Sequence record: OR354826.1
DNA length: 64,000 bases
Source of the DNA: Staphylococcus phage S-CoN_Ph3
Direction: 5' to 3' (one strand)
Part shown: positions 50,060-60,000 of the stretch, one piece after another
How the letters are laid out: each line of letters opens with the position of its first letter
Position numbering within the stretch: the first letter of the stretch is position 1
The notes under the pieces: generated by a model
Seen by the model: only the letters and a program-made list of their open reading frames with translations
What the model was told of the DNA's origin: nothing
Database searches by the model: none
Position numbers and translations under genes: made by a program

Positions 50060-50260
50060 CTACTGATTAGGTAAACCAGCTTCTAGACATTCATTGTATG
50101 CTCTTTCGTTATCAATTTCTGTTCTATAATAATCAATAATTTGTCCTATTTCAAGATGTGTCATTCTATTAATTTCACTCGCTTTATATATTTCCTCATT
50201 TCTTAAACCATATTCTTTTTGTAATCCTTGTACATACTTAATTTGTTTCTTTGTAGCCAT
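50060..50260 (-). CDS. hypothetical protein (66 aa)
   Basis: ORF. Confidence 0.4.
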   Translation of the reverse strand: MATKKQIKYVQGLQKEYGLRNEEIYKASEINRMTHLEIGQIIDYYRTEIDNERAYNECLEAGLPNQ

Positions 50261-50275
50261 TATAAACTAACTCCT

Positions 50276-50824
50276 TTACAAATTTAATTTTTTCATAAGT
50301 TTTTCAAAATCATTTAAACCATCTAATTCATCCATATTCTTAATATCTTGTTTTAAAATACTTAATGTTCGTTCTATTGGTTGAGCTACATAACTAAAAT
50401 CTTCAACTTCTTTTAACTTCTCATAACCATATTTATAAGCACTTATTTTTTCTTCTTTGTATTTAAACCATATATCTTTATACCTATTATTTTCTTCCTT
50501 ATCGATATCCTTTTTATATACTAGTTCTTTAATGATTTGTGTATAATCTAAAACTGAATCATCACTTGAAAAACTAGTTAAAGAATCATTGTTAATTTCA
50601 TCAACATCTATGTTTTTTGTTATTTTTGACCAATCTTCCTTACTCAATGTTGTTGTATATTCTCTGCTTTTATCTCCCATAGAATTAGGTGGTTCTACAA
50701 TATGAGCAAATCGACAATCTTTATTCATACATACCAAATACGTTACACTTGTTGTTACACTTTCTACTTTATTACGCCCGCAATTAGGACAGTAATTATA
50801 ATATCTTACCATTTTCATCATTCC
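50276..50824 (-). CDS. zinc-ribbon containing hypothetical protein (start trimmed to ATGATGAAAATG after AAAGGA RBS)
   Basis: CPNCG...C..DC motif; track ORF overlapped the upstream gene. Confidence 0.4.
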   Translation of the reverse strand, partial: GMMKMVRYYNYCPNCGRNKVESVTTSVTYLVCMNKDCRFAHIVEPPNSMGDKSREYTTTLSKEDWSKITKNIDVDEINNDSLTSFSSDDSVLDYTQIIKELVYKKDIDKEENNRYKDIWFKYKEEKISAYKYGYEKLKEVEDFSYVAQPIERTLSILKQDIKNMDELDGLNDFEKLMKKLNL

Positions 50825-51228
50825 TTTATTGTTTGAATTATTATTACTATAACAGCTATTACAATAATTGTCAAGATAATATATAGAATTAGTATTGGAT
50901 AAATAAAACATAACGCTAATATTGAAAATACACAACCACCTAATACACCACATAACAATAAATTATACCATTTAACTTTTTCTTCTTGATTAAAATCATT
51001 AAGAAAGATAATAACTATACTAAATACAGAAAAAAACCAAATCATAGCGGGTATGGTTAAAATATATGATTGAATATTGAAATGGTTTAATAATAAACTA
51101 GGAAGTATTGCAATAAAAGATATTACACCAATTATAATAATAATTCCAGCCAAAACTAATAACACTAATATTATAGGTAATATTAAGTATTCCCACAAAT
51201 TTTTAAATAATCTTTTAATAAAATCCAT
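50818..51228 (-). CDS. polytopic membrane protein (136 aa)
   Basis: ORF. Confidence 0.45.
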   Translation of the reverse strand: MDFIKRLFKNLWEYLILPIILVLLVLAGIIIIIGVISFIAILPSLLLNHFNIQSYILTIPAMIWFFSVFSIVIIFLNDFNQEEKVKWYNLLLCGVLGGCVFSILALCFIYPILILYIILTIIVIAVIVIIIQTIKE

Positions 51229-51260
51229 TAATTTTTTCTCCTTTTAATAGAATGCATGAT

Positions 51261-51536
51261 TTAGCTATTATTTCTCAATTCTTTTAAAGCATCTAAGTAT
51301 TGTGCTAATCTATTAAAGTAAACATCTTCTACATAGTGTGTAGGAATATCTAAAATTACTTCACTTTCCTGTGTAATCTCATACGTTCTTCCTGAATGAT
51401 TTAAACCTAATAATTTATTTTCGTTCTTTTCAATAACTAGCATGGGCATATATCCTGCTATTGTAGAACCTTTAATAAATACTGAAACAAAATCTCCTAC
51501 CTTTAAATTATTAACATCTTTAATTTTTTCACTCAT
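51261..51536 (-). CDS. hypothetical protein (91 aa)
   Basis: ORF. Confidence 0.45.
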   Translation of the reverse strand: MSEKIKDVNNLKVGDFVSVFIKGSTIAGYMPMLVIEKNENKLLGLNHSGRTYEITQESEVILDIPTHYVEDVYFNRLAQYLDALKELRNNS

Positions 51537-51560
51537 AAATTAATCCTCCTATAAAATGTT

Positions 51561-51797
51561 TTACCCAGCATCATAATGATTATCATTTAAATCATAATCG
51601 GCATCTTTAGGTCTAACCCTACTCCAGTCTATATTTGCTTTAAACTTAGGTCGAAAATCCCCATCTCCATCAGCATATATAGAAACCGTTCTTGATGCAC
51701 CTAAATTACCTAAGTATTCCATCTTATCTAGCATTGACATAAAATCATTAATCCATCTTTCTTCCATTTCAACTTCAATTGTAAATTTCTTTTTCAT
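51561..51797 (-). CDS. hypothetical protein (78 aa)
   Basis: ORF. Confidence 0.45.
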   Translation of the reverse strand: MKKKFTIEVEMEERWINDFMSMLDKMEYLGNLGASRTVSIYADGDGDFRPKFKANIDWSRVRPKDADYDLNDNHYDAG

Positions 51798-51826
51798 AAT
51801 ATTTCCTCCTATATAAATTGTATGTT

Positions 51827-52336
51827 TTAAATTCTTTCAATTGTATCAGTGTTTAAATTCAAACAATATTTTACCTTTTTATCTAGTCCTCCTTTAGTGA
51901 AACCCTCGGATGTTCCTTGCCCTTGCATATAAAAATACTTAAACAGTTCATTATTGTATCGTAAGTATATATCCATACCGAAATATGTTTCAATATAAAA
52001 TGGAGGATATTCCATCACATTATCATTGTAAAAGTTATTGATATACTTACAAATAGATTCTAACTCTTGATGCATAAACTCTTCACTTGAATATAGATGT
52101 TTATACTTATCTTTATAGAGATACAGAATATCTTCTGTTGAGATACTTCCGAGTATCTCAATTGTCTCAGTAAACATTTTATTTAAATCAAAATCTTTGT
52201 TTTTGGCTTTCTTTAAAATTAAATTTCTTCTATTTTCTTTTTCTTTTAATTCATTATTAATGCTTTCTATTTGTTCATCAGTCATATTTGATATATTTTT
52301 CAATATTTTATCAAATTTGTCATCTATATTACTCAT
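51827..52336 (-). CDS. hypothetical protein (169 aa)
   Basis: ORF. Confidence 0.45.
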   Translation of the reverse strand: MSNIDDKFDKILKNISNMTDEQIESINNELKEKENRRNLILKKAKNKDFDLNKMFTETIEILGSISTEDILYLYKDKYKHLYSSEEFMHQELESICKYINNFYNDNVMEYPPFYIETYFGMDIYLRYNNELFKYFYMQGQGTSEGFTKGGLDKKVKYCLNLNTDTIERI

Positions 52337-52436
52337 ATAGTATCGCTCCTTATAAAATGATTCTTTTATTCTGTAATTTTAACGTCAACGACGGGCTTCA
52401 TCGACTATTATTTAGGCTTGCCTAACTTTTATAAGC

Positions 52437-52535
52437 TACTTGTCTTTCTTTATGATATTTTTACTATAATTTTTGTTGCTATTAAACTGCAAATTGCTTT
52501 TATCTTTTAAACTTTCTTTTTTCTTATCTTTTTCC
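52437..52535 (-). CDS. small lysine-rich ORF (33 aa), not in track
   Basis: ATG after AAAGGAG RBS, immediately downstream of the consensus promoter 52569-52597. Confidence 0.3.
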
Positions 52536-52568
52536 ATATTTAAAACTCCTTTACTTTATTATAATTTG

Positions 52569-52597
52569 ATTATATAATAAAAAACACCCCTTGTCAA
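52569..52597 (-). promoter_or_regulatory. sigma-A type promoter TTGACA-N17-TATAAT (minus strand)
   Basis: -35 in loop of hairpin ACACCC/GGGTGT 52584-52603. Confidence 0.6.
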
Positions 52598-53739
52598 GGG
52601 TGTTTTAAAAATTCTGTTGGGTTTTTATAACTTGGTTTTTGAACCTCTAATTTACCTTCTAAATTGTTATAGGTAAGAGTAGGAGTATTTTCAACGTCAA
52701 AAGGAATAATCTCTTTACTTTTATTCAATATTTCATCTATCTCGCTCATTAAGTGAGAAAAATCCGCAAATGACGATTCAACTTTGTTTAAATTGTTTTT
52801 ACGGAAGCTATAAGTTTTTCTAAAAGGCTTAATAATAAAATGATATACGTTGTTTTTTCTTACATAATCAAATTCTAAAGAATAATCATCGTGAACCTTT
52901 AAACTTTTCTCTTGTAAAATATATCCATTAATTGGTATTTTTGTAATACTATCAAAAGCATCTTGAAAGTTTGATAGGTCATACAATAATTCATTAGTAT
53001 ATGATTCTATTTTTTCTAAAATATTATTATTATTTACTACTTTATAATTAGGGATAGCAGAATAAAAAGACATTCTGTCTAAAGATATTGCTCTTCCTTT
53101 TGAGAAATTGACATTTAATGATAAAAAATTGTTATAGTCATTTTCTGTTAATAGTAATATTTTTAACTCGTCTGATAAAATAAATAAACTAATAACAAAC
53201 GGGATATTTGAATATTCAAAATGTGTAGATAGTAATTCATCATTATTAATATACTTACTGATTTTTTGTCTTATGTCGTTAAAAGTATCAATATTTTTGT
53301 TTAAACTGTGAATACTATTTTGAATATCTTTAATTATAAATGGTACTGTTTCTTTAAATTCTTTTTTGTATAGTTCATTTTTACTTAAGGTTTTCGTGTA
53401 AGAATAATGTAAATCGTACTTTTTATTACATGTAGTAATTGTAATCACGCCGAAAGAACCTGTATAAGGAAAATCTATATATGCTGATACTTTATATTCG
53501 TCAGATATATTATAAGTAAATTTAGATAGTTTTAATTTTGTATTGTTTTCATCAAATGAATAATTAGGAAATATTTTTTCTAATTGCTTACCTATCTCTT
53601 TGTACATATACTCTCTTGATACTTCTTCTTTTTTATTAACAACATTATCAACTTTGTTTTTCATTATATCTGAATGATACACATACATTAACACTAAAGC
53701 AATAACAATTAGTAATAAACCAATTAATAAAAATAGCAT
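52594..53739 (-). CDS. membrane-anchored hypothetical protein (381 aa)
   Basis: N-terminal TM. Confidence 0.5.
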   Translation of the reverse strand: MLFLLIGLLLIVIALVLMYVYHSDIMKNKVDNVVNKKEEVSREYMYKEIGKQLEKIFPNYSFDENNTKLKLSKFTYNISDEYKVSAYIDFPYTGSFGVITITTCNKKYDLHYSYTKTLSKNELYKKEFKETVPFIIKDIQNSIHSLNKNIDTFNDIRQKISKYINNDELLSTHFEYSNIPFVISLFILSDELKILLLTENDYNNFLSLNVNFSKGRAISLDRMSFYSAIPNYKVVNNNNILEKIESYTNELLYDLSNFQDAFDSITKIPINGYILQEKSLKVHDDYSLEFDYVRKNNVYHFIIKPFRKTYSFRKNNLNKVESSFADFSHLMSEIDEILNKSKEIIPFDVENTPTLTYNNLEGKLEVQKPSYKNPTEFLKHP

Positions 53740-53757
53740 TATAATTAATCTCTCCTT

Positions 53758-54111
53758 TTATTTTTTAAGAAACTCTTCGATTTTATTTTGTTTTTCTATA
53801 CTTTCGTTTCGTTTTTTCTGTTTTTCATTTACATACTCTTCATAATAAACATCAACTAAATCAAATACATTGTCAGACTTATAAATTCTTGCATTCGCTA
53901 TATCTATACTAAAATCAGTGGTTAAGTCGATATATGTCGTCCATGTGTTATTTTTTACAAATACTAAAGTTGAAATTATATCATTTTCGATATAACGTAT
54001 TTCATAACCATCTCCTAAATTATATAGTTTGTCGTTGCTTTGGTTTTCCGACGACCCGTGTATTTTAATATATTGTGCTAAGTCTAAAATATTAAAATCC
54101 ATTCTTATCAA
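53758..54111 (-). CDS. hypothetical protein (117 aa)
   Basis: ORF. Confidence 0.45.
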   Translation of the reverse strand: MIRMDFNILDLAQYIKIHGSSENQSNDKLYNLGDGYEIRYIENDIISTLVFVKNNTWTTYIDLTTDFSIDIANARIYKSDNVFDLVDVYYEEYVNEKQKKRNESIEKQNKIEEFLKK

Positions 54112-54133
54112 TCTCCTTATTTATTATATATAA

Positions 54134-54162
54134 ACTATAACATAGAAAAAGACCCCTGTCAA
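54134..54162 (-). promoter_or_regulatory. sigma-A type promoter TTGACA-N17-TATAGT (minus strand)
   Basis: -35 in loop of hairpin GACCCC/GGGGTC 54151-54170. Confidence 0.55.
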
Positions 54163-54214
54163 TAGGGGTCAAGTCAAAAGTTTAACATTTTTTCATTTTC
54201 AATAATTAATTACA

Positions 54215-55009
54215 TTACTTTAAGTTAACAATAGGGTCTCCACCAATATTAATTGGTTGGTCGCCCTTCCATTTTTCAATAAGTTGTTTTTGTAATAACT
54301 CATCACTTAATGATTGTTCTACAATTTCATTTGCTTTCTTAGTACCTTTTGCTTCAATTTCTTTACGTTCAGCTTCTTCTTTAGCAATTTGTTTGTCTAC
54401 TTTTTTACGTTCTAATTCTTGGTTTGCCTTAACACGACTGTCAATTGCTTTTTGAGTGTTCTTATCAGCTTTTGGAGAACTTAAAGCAATATCCTCAACA
54501 ATAAATCCTTGACCTTTAAGATTATCTTCAAGTTTATCTAAAGTAGATTTTTTAATTTCACTTGTTTTAACACCGAAAGCATCAATTACTGAATACTTAG
54601 AAACAGATTGACGTACATTATCTTGTACTCTTGAACGTAGATAACCTTTTTCTAGTTGTTCAATATCTGCACTACCGAAGCGATTAAACAATTCAACAGC
54701 TTTTGAACTATCAACTTTATAGTTTACATCAATATCTAAATTAAGATTTTTACCATCTGACGTTGATACATTCATGTCTTTGTAACTAATGGTTTGTGTT
54801 CTTGTCGGATATTCATTAACTCTATTCATTGGTGCTACTACATGCCAACCAGGACTTAAAGTATTGTCTTTGACCCCTTTAGGAGAGTATACAACACCTA
54901 CTGTTCCTTGTGGAACTCTTTCAATACATAAGATTACTATAACAAACAATACAATAACTCCCACCACTAATGCTGATAAGATACCACCTGCTTTAATTTT
55001 ACTATTCAT
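54215..55009 (-). CDS. SPFH/band-7 (prohibitin-like) domain membrane protein
   Basis: N-terminal TM then QGTVGVVYSPKGVKDNTLSPGWHVVAPMNRV, coiled-coil C-terminus. Confidence 0.55.
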   Translation of the reverse strand: MNSKIKAGGILSALVVGVIVLFVIVILCIERVPQGTVGVVYSPKGVKDNTLSPGWHVVAPMNRVNEYPTRTQTISYKDMNVSTSDGKNLNLDIDVNYKVDSSKAVELFNRFGSADIEQLEKGYLRSRVQDNVRQSVSKYSVIDAFGVKTSEIKKSTLDKLEDNLKGQGFIVEDIALSSPKADKNTQKAIDSRVKANQELERKKVDKQIAKEEAERKEIEAKGTKKANEIVEQSLSDELLQKQLIEKWKGDQPINIGGDPIVNLK

Positions 55010-55011
55010 AA

Positions 55012-55287
55012 TTAATCTTCTCCTCTTCTAATATCATCATGTAGTTTTTCTAATTCCTCAATATCATTGTCTAATTGTGCGACCTCTGATTCATAACCAG
55101 TGATTTTTTGTAGGGCATTTCTTTTATGCTGTTTAAAATTTATTTCACGTTCTATCCATGTTATTTCTCTGTCAGTTTCATTTTTTTCAATATGTTCTGT
55201 TACATAAGGAATTGTCTTTCTTATGAAAATATATGAAACCATAAATATAATGCTAAACACTAACAAAAAAATTAATATCCATACCAT
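55012..55287 (-). CDS. small TM plus coiled-coil protein (91 aa)
   Basis: ORF coupled to the SPFH gene. Confidence 0.45.
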   Translation of the reverse strand: MVWILIFLLVFSIIFMVSYIFIRKTIPYVTEHIEKNETDREITWIEREINFKQHKRNALQKITGYESEVAQLDNDIEELEKLHDDIRRGED

Positions 55288-55298
55288 TTATAGCACCT

Positions 55299-55991
55299 CT
55301 ATGTTAATATTGTTAATGCTGATTTAGACCAATTTTCTAAATCTAGTTTTTCAATCTCTTCTTTTGTTTTAAATGAACCTTCTAAAGTATCGGTTTCTTT
55401 AGATTCAACTGTCCAATTTTCTGGAATAACAATAACATTTAATACTCCTAAATGAACAGAATCAACCTCTGTTTTTTCGTTATATAATAAACCAATAATA
55501 GCTGATTCTTTAGTGATTTCATAATGATTAGTAATTTCAATACCGTTGTCAGTTTTAATAGTAACTTCTTCTTCAAGTTCTCTTGAGTTATTTACTGCTA
55601 AAATATGTTCAAAATTCCAAGCGTGCTCTACCTCATTTTGATGTCCACCTATACCTATTGAAGATTTACCATGTAATCTAGATTCTCCACTGCCTTCAAG
55701 TCTAGTATAAGTAAAATATTTATCTCCTTGCGCAATAATTGTGTAGGGAATTGGTTGAACGAAATCAAAATTCTCTTCTAAGTCTCCACGTCTACCAACA
55801 ACCCCTGCAATTTCCCATAAATTATTTAAAGTATTAACCATTGCATCATAGTCTTCTAAGTTAGTAGGAGCCAACACTTCTACATTTAACATGTCTTGAA
55901 TTAAATTAATTTTTTCTAGTGCTGACTTATTAAGTGCTAAAATTTGTTCATCATTTTTATTCATAAATAATTTCTCCTTTTTAATATTCAA
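55299..55991 (-). CDS. hypothetical protein (230 aa)
   Basis: ORF. Confidence 0.45.
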   Translation of the reverse strand: MNIKKEKLFMNKNDEQILALNKSALEKINLIQDMLNVEVLAPTNLEDYDAMVNTLNNLWEIAGVVGRRGDLEENFDFVQPIPYTIIAQGDKYFTYTRLEGSGESRLHGKSSIGIGGHQNEVEHAWNFEHILAVNNSRELEEEVTIKTDNGIEITNHYEITKESAIIGLLYNEKTEVDSVHLGVLNVIVIPENWTVESKETDTLEGSFKTKEEIEKLDLENWSKSALTILT

Positions 55992-56250
55992 ATTTTAATT
56001 CAGCATTTTCTGTGTCAGATACTAGTACATAGTCATCTGATACAGTGCTTAAATCAATAGGCTCGTCAAAAGCTAATACAATAGATTTTTCGTTAGGTTC
56101 ATATTTTTGGAATTTAACCAAGTTGTATTTATCAGCGTGTTTAACTACCATCATAATGTGGTGTTCATCATTTTTGGATAACTTGTGTTTAACCAAATCT
56201 CCCACCTTCAAATCTAATTTACGATTTCCTTCTTGAAAAATAAACTTCAT
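55981..56250 (-). CDS. hypothetical protein (89 aa)
   Basis: ORF. Confidence 0.45.
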   Translation of the reverse strand: MKFIFQEGNRKLDLKVGDLVKHKLSKNDEHHIMMVVKHADKYNLVKFQKYEPNEKSIVLAFDEPIDLSTVSDDYVLVSDTENAELKFEY

Positions 56251-56265
56251 AATATTTTCTCCTTT

Positions 56266-56568
56266 CTAATAGGTAATTTTAATATTGTATTGTTTTGATT
56301 TTACTAGTAAATGGTAGTTCTCGAAATTGTTAATTTCATCTAATGTACGAGGAGAGGAATGTCTAAGATGAACTTCTTCTCCTATAAGAGCATTTTCCAA
56401 CATAACAATATTATACCCCAAACCATCTTTAACAACTATACCGACAGTTTTTACTTTTTCTAAAAGACAATCTATATCATCTATTTCAATTAAATCTCCA
56501 ATCTCAATCCTCTTTTTTATATTACTTTTTTCTAATTCAACCATAATACCTTTTCTCCTTTCTAACAA
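56266..56568 (-). CDS. hypothetical protein (100 aa)
   Basis: ORF. Confidence 0.45.
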   Translation of the reverse strand: MLERRKGIMVELEKSNIKKRIEIGDLIEIDDIDCLLEKVKTVGIVVKDGLGYNIVMLENALIGEEVHLRHSSPRTLDEINNFENYHLLVKSKQYNIKITY

Positions 56569-56577
56569 TCTAATAAT

Positions 56578-56606
56578 AGTATAACAGAGAAATTAATCTC
56601 TGTCAA
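56578..56606 (-). promoter_or_regulatory. sigma-A type promoter TTGACA-N17-TATACT (minus strand)
   Basis: hairpin CAGAGA/TCTCTG 56585-56602 abuts the -35. Confidence 0.55.
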
Positions 56607-56613
56607 TACTATA

Positions 56614-57096
56614 TTAAAATTTTCTTCTATTTTTATTTTGTTCCGAATTAGTAGCCCATCTACAATTTTCTGGTGTATAATCCCCATCATTGTCTATCCT
56701 GTCTATAGAATCCTTATCTTCTGGTTTCTTCCCCACATCTTCTAAGAAGTTCTCAAAACTTTCTAACCATCTATCACAAACCTTGATTCCTCTACCTCCA
56801 TAATTATGATAATACATATGTTTTTTATAATAACATCTCGTTATCATATTATGGTAAACTTTATATTCAAAACTTTTTGTCATTCCATGAGTAGTACATT
56901 TTTCTCTTAATCTCTCTAATCTATAACACCCACAAGATTTAACTCTATTATTTCTTAATCTCGTTCCAGAAACTCTTACAATATTACCACATTCGCATTT
57001 ACAACAATACATAATTCTGCGATGGTTATCAGTTCCATCTCTATATAATACATTCAATCTTCCAAATGTTTTATTTATCATATTATCTTTTTTCAT
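56614..57096 (-). CDS. HNH endonuclease
   Basis: FGRLNVLYRDG N-terminus and SIDRIDNDGDYTPENCRWATNSEQ HNH motif; overlaps the 3' end of the polymerase gene. Confidence 0.65.
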   Translation of the reverse strand: MKKDNMINKTFGRLNVLYRDGTDNHRRIMYCCKCECGNIVRVSGTRLRNNRVKSCGCYRLERLREKCTTHGMTKSFEYKVYHNMITRCYYKKHMYYHNYGGRGIKVCDRWLESFENFLEDVGKKPEDKDSIDRIDNDGDYTPENCRWATNSEQNKNRRKF

Positions 57097-60000
57097 TTCT
57101 ATAATGATATTCTCCTTTTATTTTTTCTATTTTTATAACTGGTTTTCTATAAATATTATTACCTCTCATATTAAAAGCTGCTCCTGATTTATAGCCTAAA
57201 ATAACAAGAAGATTTCCTCTTTCCCACCAACTTTCATCATTGGCTGTTTTTTCTTGGTAAATTGTATAGTTTTTTCTTGATACTTTAATAGGTACTACAC
57301 CACTATTCTCCGTCAACAAGTAAACAATTCTTTTAACGTGATTATTGCCTACAACAACTCCAGAAATAGCCGATATTTCATAATCTACAAAACCTCTTTT
57401 ATTTCTTCCTAGTATAGGGTTGTTTTTCAATTCATTAAAATTAGAAAGTTTAAATCTCTCATTAACCTTTTTATTATCAATAACAAAATCATTAGAGTTA
57501 AATAATATAGTATCAATTTCCCACTCTGGTATAGTTCCTTGACATTCTTTTAACCAATATTCTTGACGTTTCTTTTTAGTAAACTCTTCTGCATATTGTG
57601 GTTTTTTGATTTCTTCTTTTAATGGTTTAATTTCTTTGTTGTAATATTTTTCAAATGATTTAATATCTATTACTAACTCATCTTCTAAAGTGTAATCAAC
57701 ATGTTTAGAATAGTTTTGTATAAATATTTTTTCTATTTCTTCATTCATCGGTTCTTTGTTTCTACCTTTAATTCTACTTCTAAAATCATGCAGCGCCAAT
57801 AATTTATCATATTTATCCGGTATTATATTTCTATAATAATCTAATTGAGACATTGTTACCTTTTCTTTTTGTGGTATTTCTAGTTTTACTAATTCAGCCA
57901 TTATATGACGTCTACTTAATTCTTCTAATGAATCCATAGCACCAGATTTAATTAATGAAATAGTTTTTTTAGTGCTTGTTAATTTAGTATCAACCATTCT
58001 TTCGTAATAGTCTTTTAATGATTTAAATGGTCTATTTTCAATAATAGCATCTAATGTGTTTGTATCTAAACCAATAATTGGTTTTAATCCATATAAAACC
58101 TTACCATCTTGGGCTGTAAATTTAAGTTGTGACTTATTAATATTAGGTAGAGTAATACTATCTCTCATACTGTTCACAGCTTTAGATACTTCTGTATAAT
58201 CTGTTCCTTTAGTTAAATCTCCTTCTAAACCGCTATTAATATTAAGACAAGCTGTTTTCCAGTAACCCACACCGTATTTATAGGCAATGTTCATTTCAAT
58301 CATTAATACTAAGGTATATCCAGAAACATGTGGACGAGAAAAACTATATTTCCGACTTAATCCAATTTGTTCGTTGATAATATAATCAGCAAATTCTTTG
58401 CTATGTCCGTTATCTAAAATATTTTTAGTGAATATTCTCTCACATTCTTCAATAGCCTTTTCATTTTTCTTAGCAATAGCTTTTCTATACTTATTAGCAA
58501 ATAGTAAGTTAGAATTACCTATTCTCTTATCCATTACAATAAGCATTATACCTTCTTGTGTGTCTAATATACCATTACGTTCTAGTAAATGTTCCTTCAT
58601 TAGTTCTATTTCTGTCTCATTTAAGCCATGATTCTCCATGTCTTTATACCATTCATTAATGTTATTCTTATATCTTACAAATTTATCTACAGGTTGCTCT
58701 TTTCCTCCATCTACCTGCAATCTAATAAGTGTATTAGTAACTTCTATTTCGTTAAATGTTTCGGGTCTAATTTTTTTCATAGCATTTTCTGCTACAAGTG
58801 AAGACATTTGAAAAGCATCAAATATTTCTCCTTCAGATAACATATTAAACATTTCTTTTGATGTCAAGTCTAATACGTCTGGATGGAAATATTTATCATA
58901 TGTTTCTTTTAAACTACCTTGCCATTCTATTTTACCATCTTCTAGTAATAATTCCATAGCTTCTCTTATTCTTCCTAGTGCAGAAATTGAGAGGAAATCA
59001 AGTTTTAGTTCAGAGGTATATTGTCCGTCTTCTGCATTGAATTGAGTTACTTCTAGTCCTTTTGTTGTTTTCATTTTAGCATTTACATCTAAGTAATGTC
59101 TAGGATAAAAAATAACAGAACTTGCATGTTGGGAGCGACCACTAATCAATCCCTCAATAGATAACATCACATCTTTTAATCCATCATATTTTTCTACTCT
59201 ATCAATAAATTCTTTGACTGGTTTTCTATTCTTCTTCTCATTGCCAAAGAAACAATCAGACACCGACCATAATGCAGCTCCTTCTGATGGTATTAAATTT
59301 GCAATATTATGTTGTTCAGCAACATCCAAACCATAACCCCTTGTTGCTGTGATTACAGTTGATTTAGGTCCTTCTGTAGTGAATGTACAACTATTCAAAA
59401 CTCTCTCACTACCATATCTATCTTTGGCAAGTTCGATTATTTCTTCTCTTTTAGATGATTCAGAATCTAAGTCTATATCTGCTAGCTCTGGTCTATCCTT
59501 GTTTAAAAATCTCCAATAAGGGAGTTTATATTCAATAGCGTTGATTTGAACAATATCTAATAAATAATTAGTATAGAAACAACTTGCAGAACCACGAGAT
59601 ACTCCAACTAAACTCACTTCCCACATCATCTCTACAACATCTTTTGTTAAAACAAAGTAACTAGATAATGATTGGTCTAATTTATTAGAAATTTCCCAAA
59701 TTTGCTCTAATTCAACATCAATTCTACTCAAGTTTTCCTTATTAAACTCTTGATTATGTGATAGCATACCTTCTCCAATAAGGTGTAGATAGTATCTATC
59801 CATATCTCTTTCAGAGTTTTTAAATTTATTAATATAAACATAGTCATCAAGATAATTTTCAAACAAGTTTTTATCATTATATTTTGGTATATCAATATTT
59901 GGGACTTGAGTTTTTTGTTTAAAATTAATAGGCTTTAGCCTTTTCATTAAATCATGGGTGTTCTGTATTAATCTATCAAGAAGTTCGTCATCAAAATACT

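Noticed and set aside
52337-52436. TCAACGAC…ATCGACTAT segment resembling group I R element
   Set aside because: lacks the paired S element and exon context; likely coincidental within an intergenic promoter region
55299-55991. possible Nudix box around GIGGHQNE…NSRELEEEV
   Set aside because: spacing does not fit Gx5Ex7REUxEExGU; left as hypothetical
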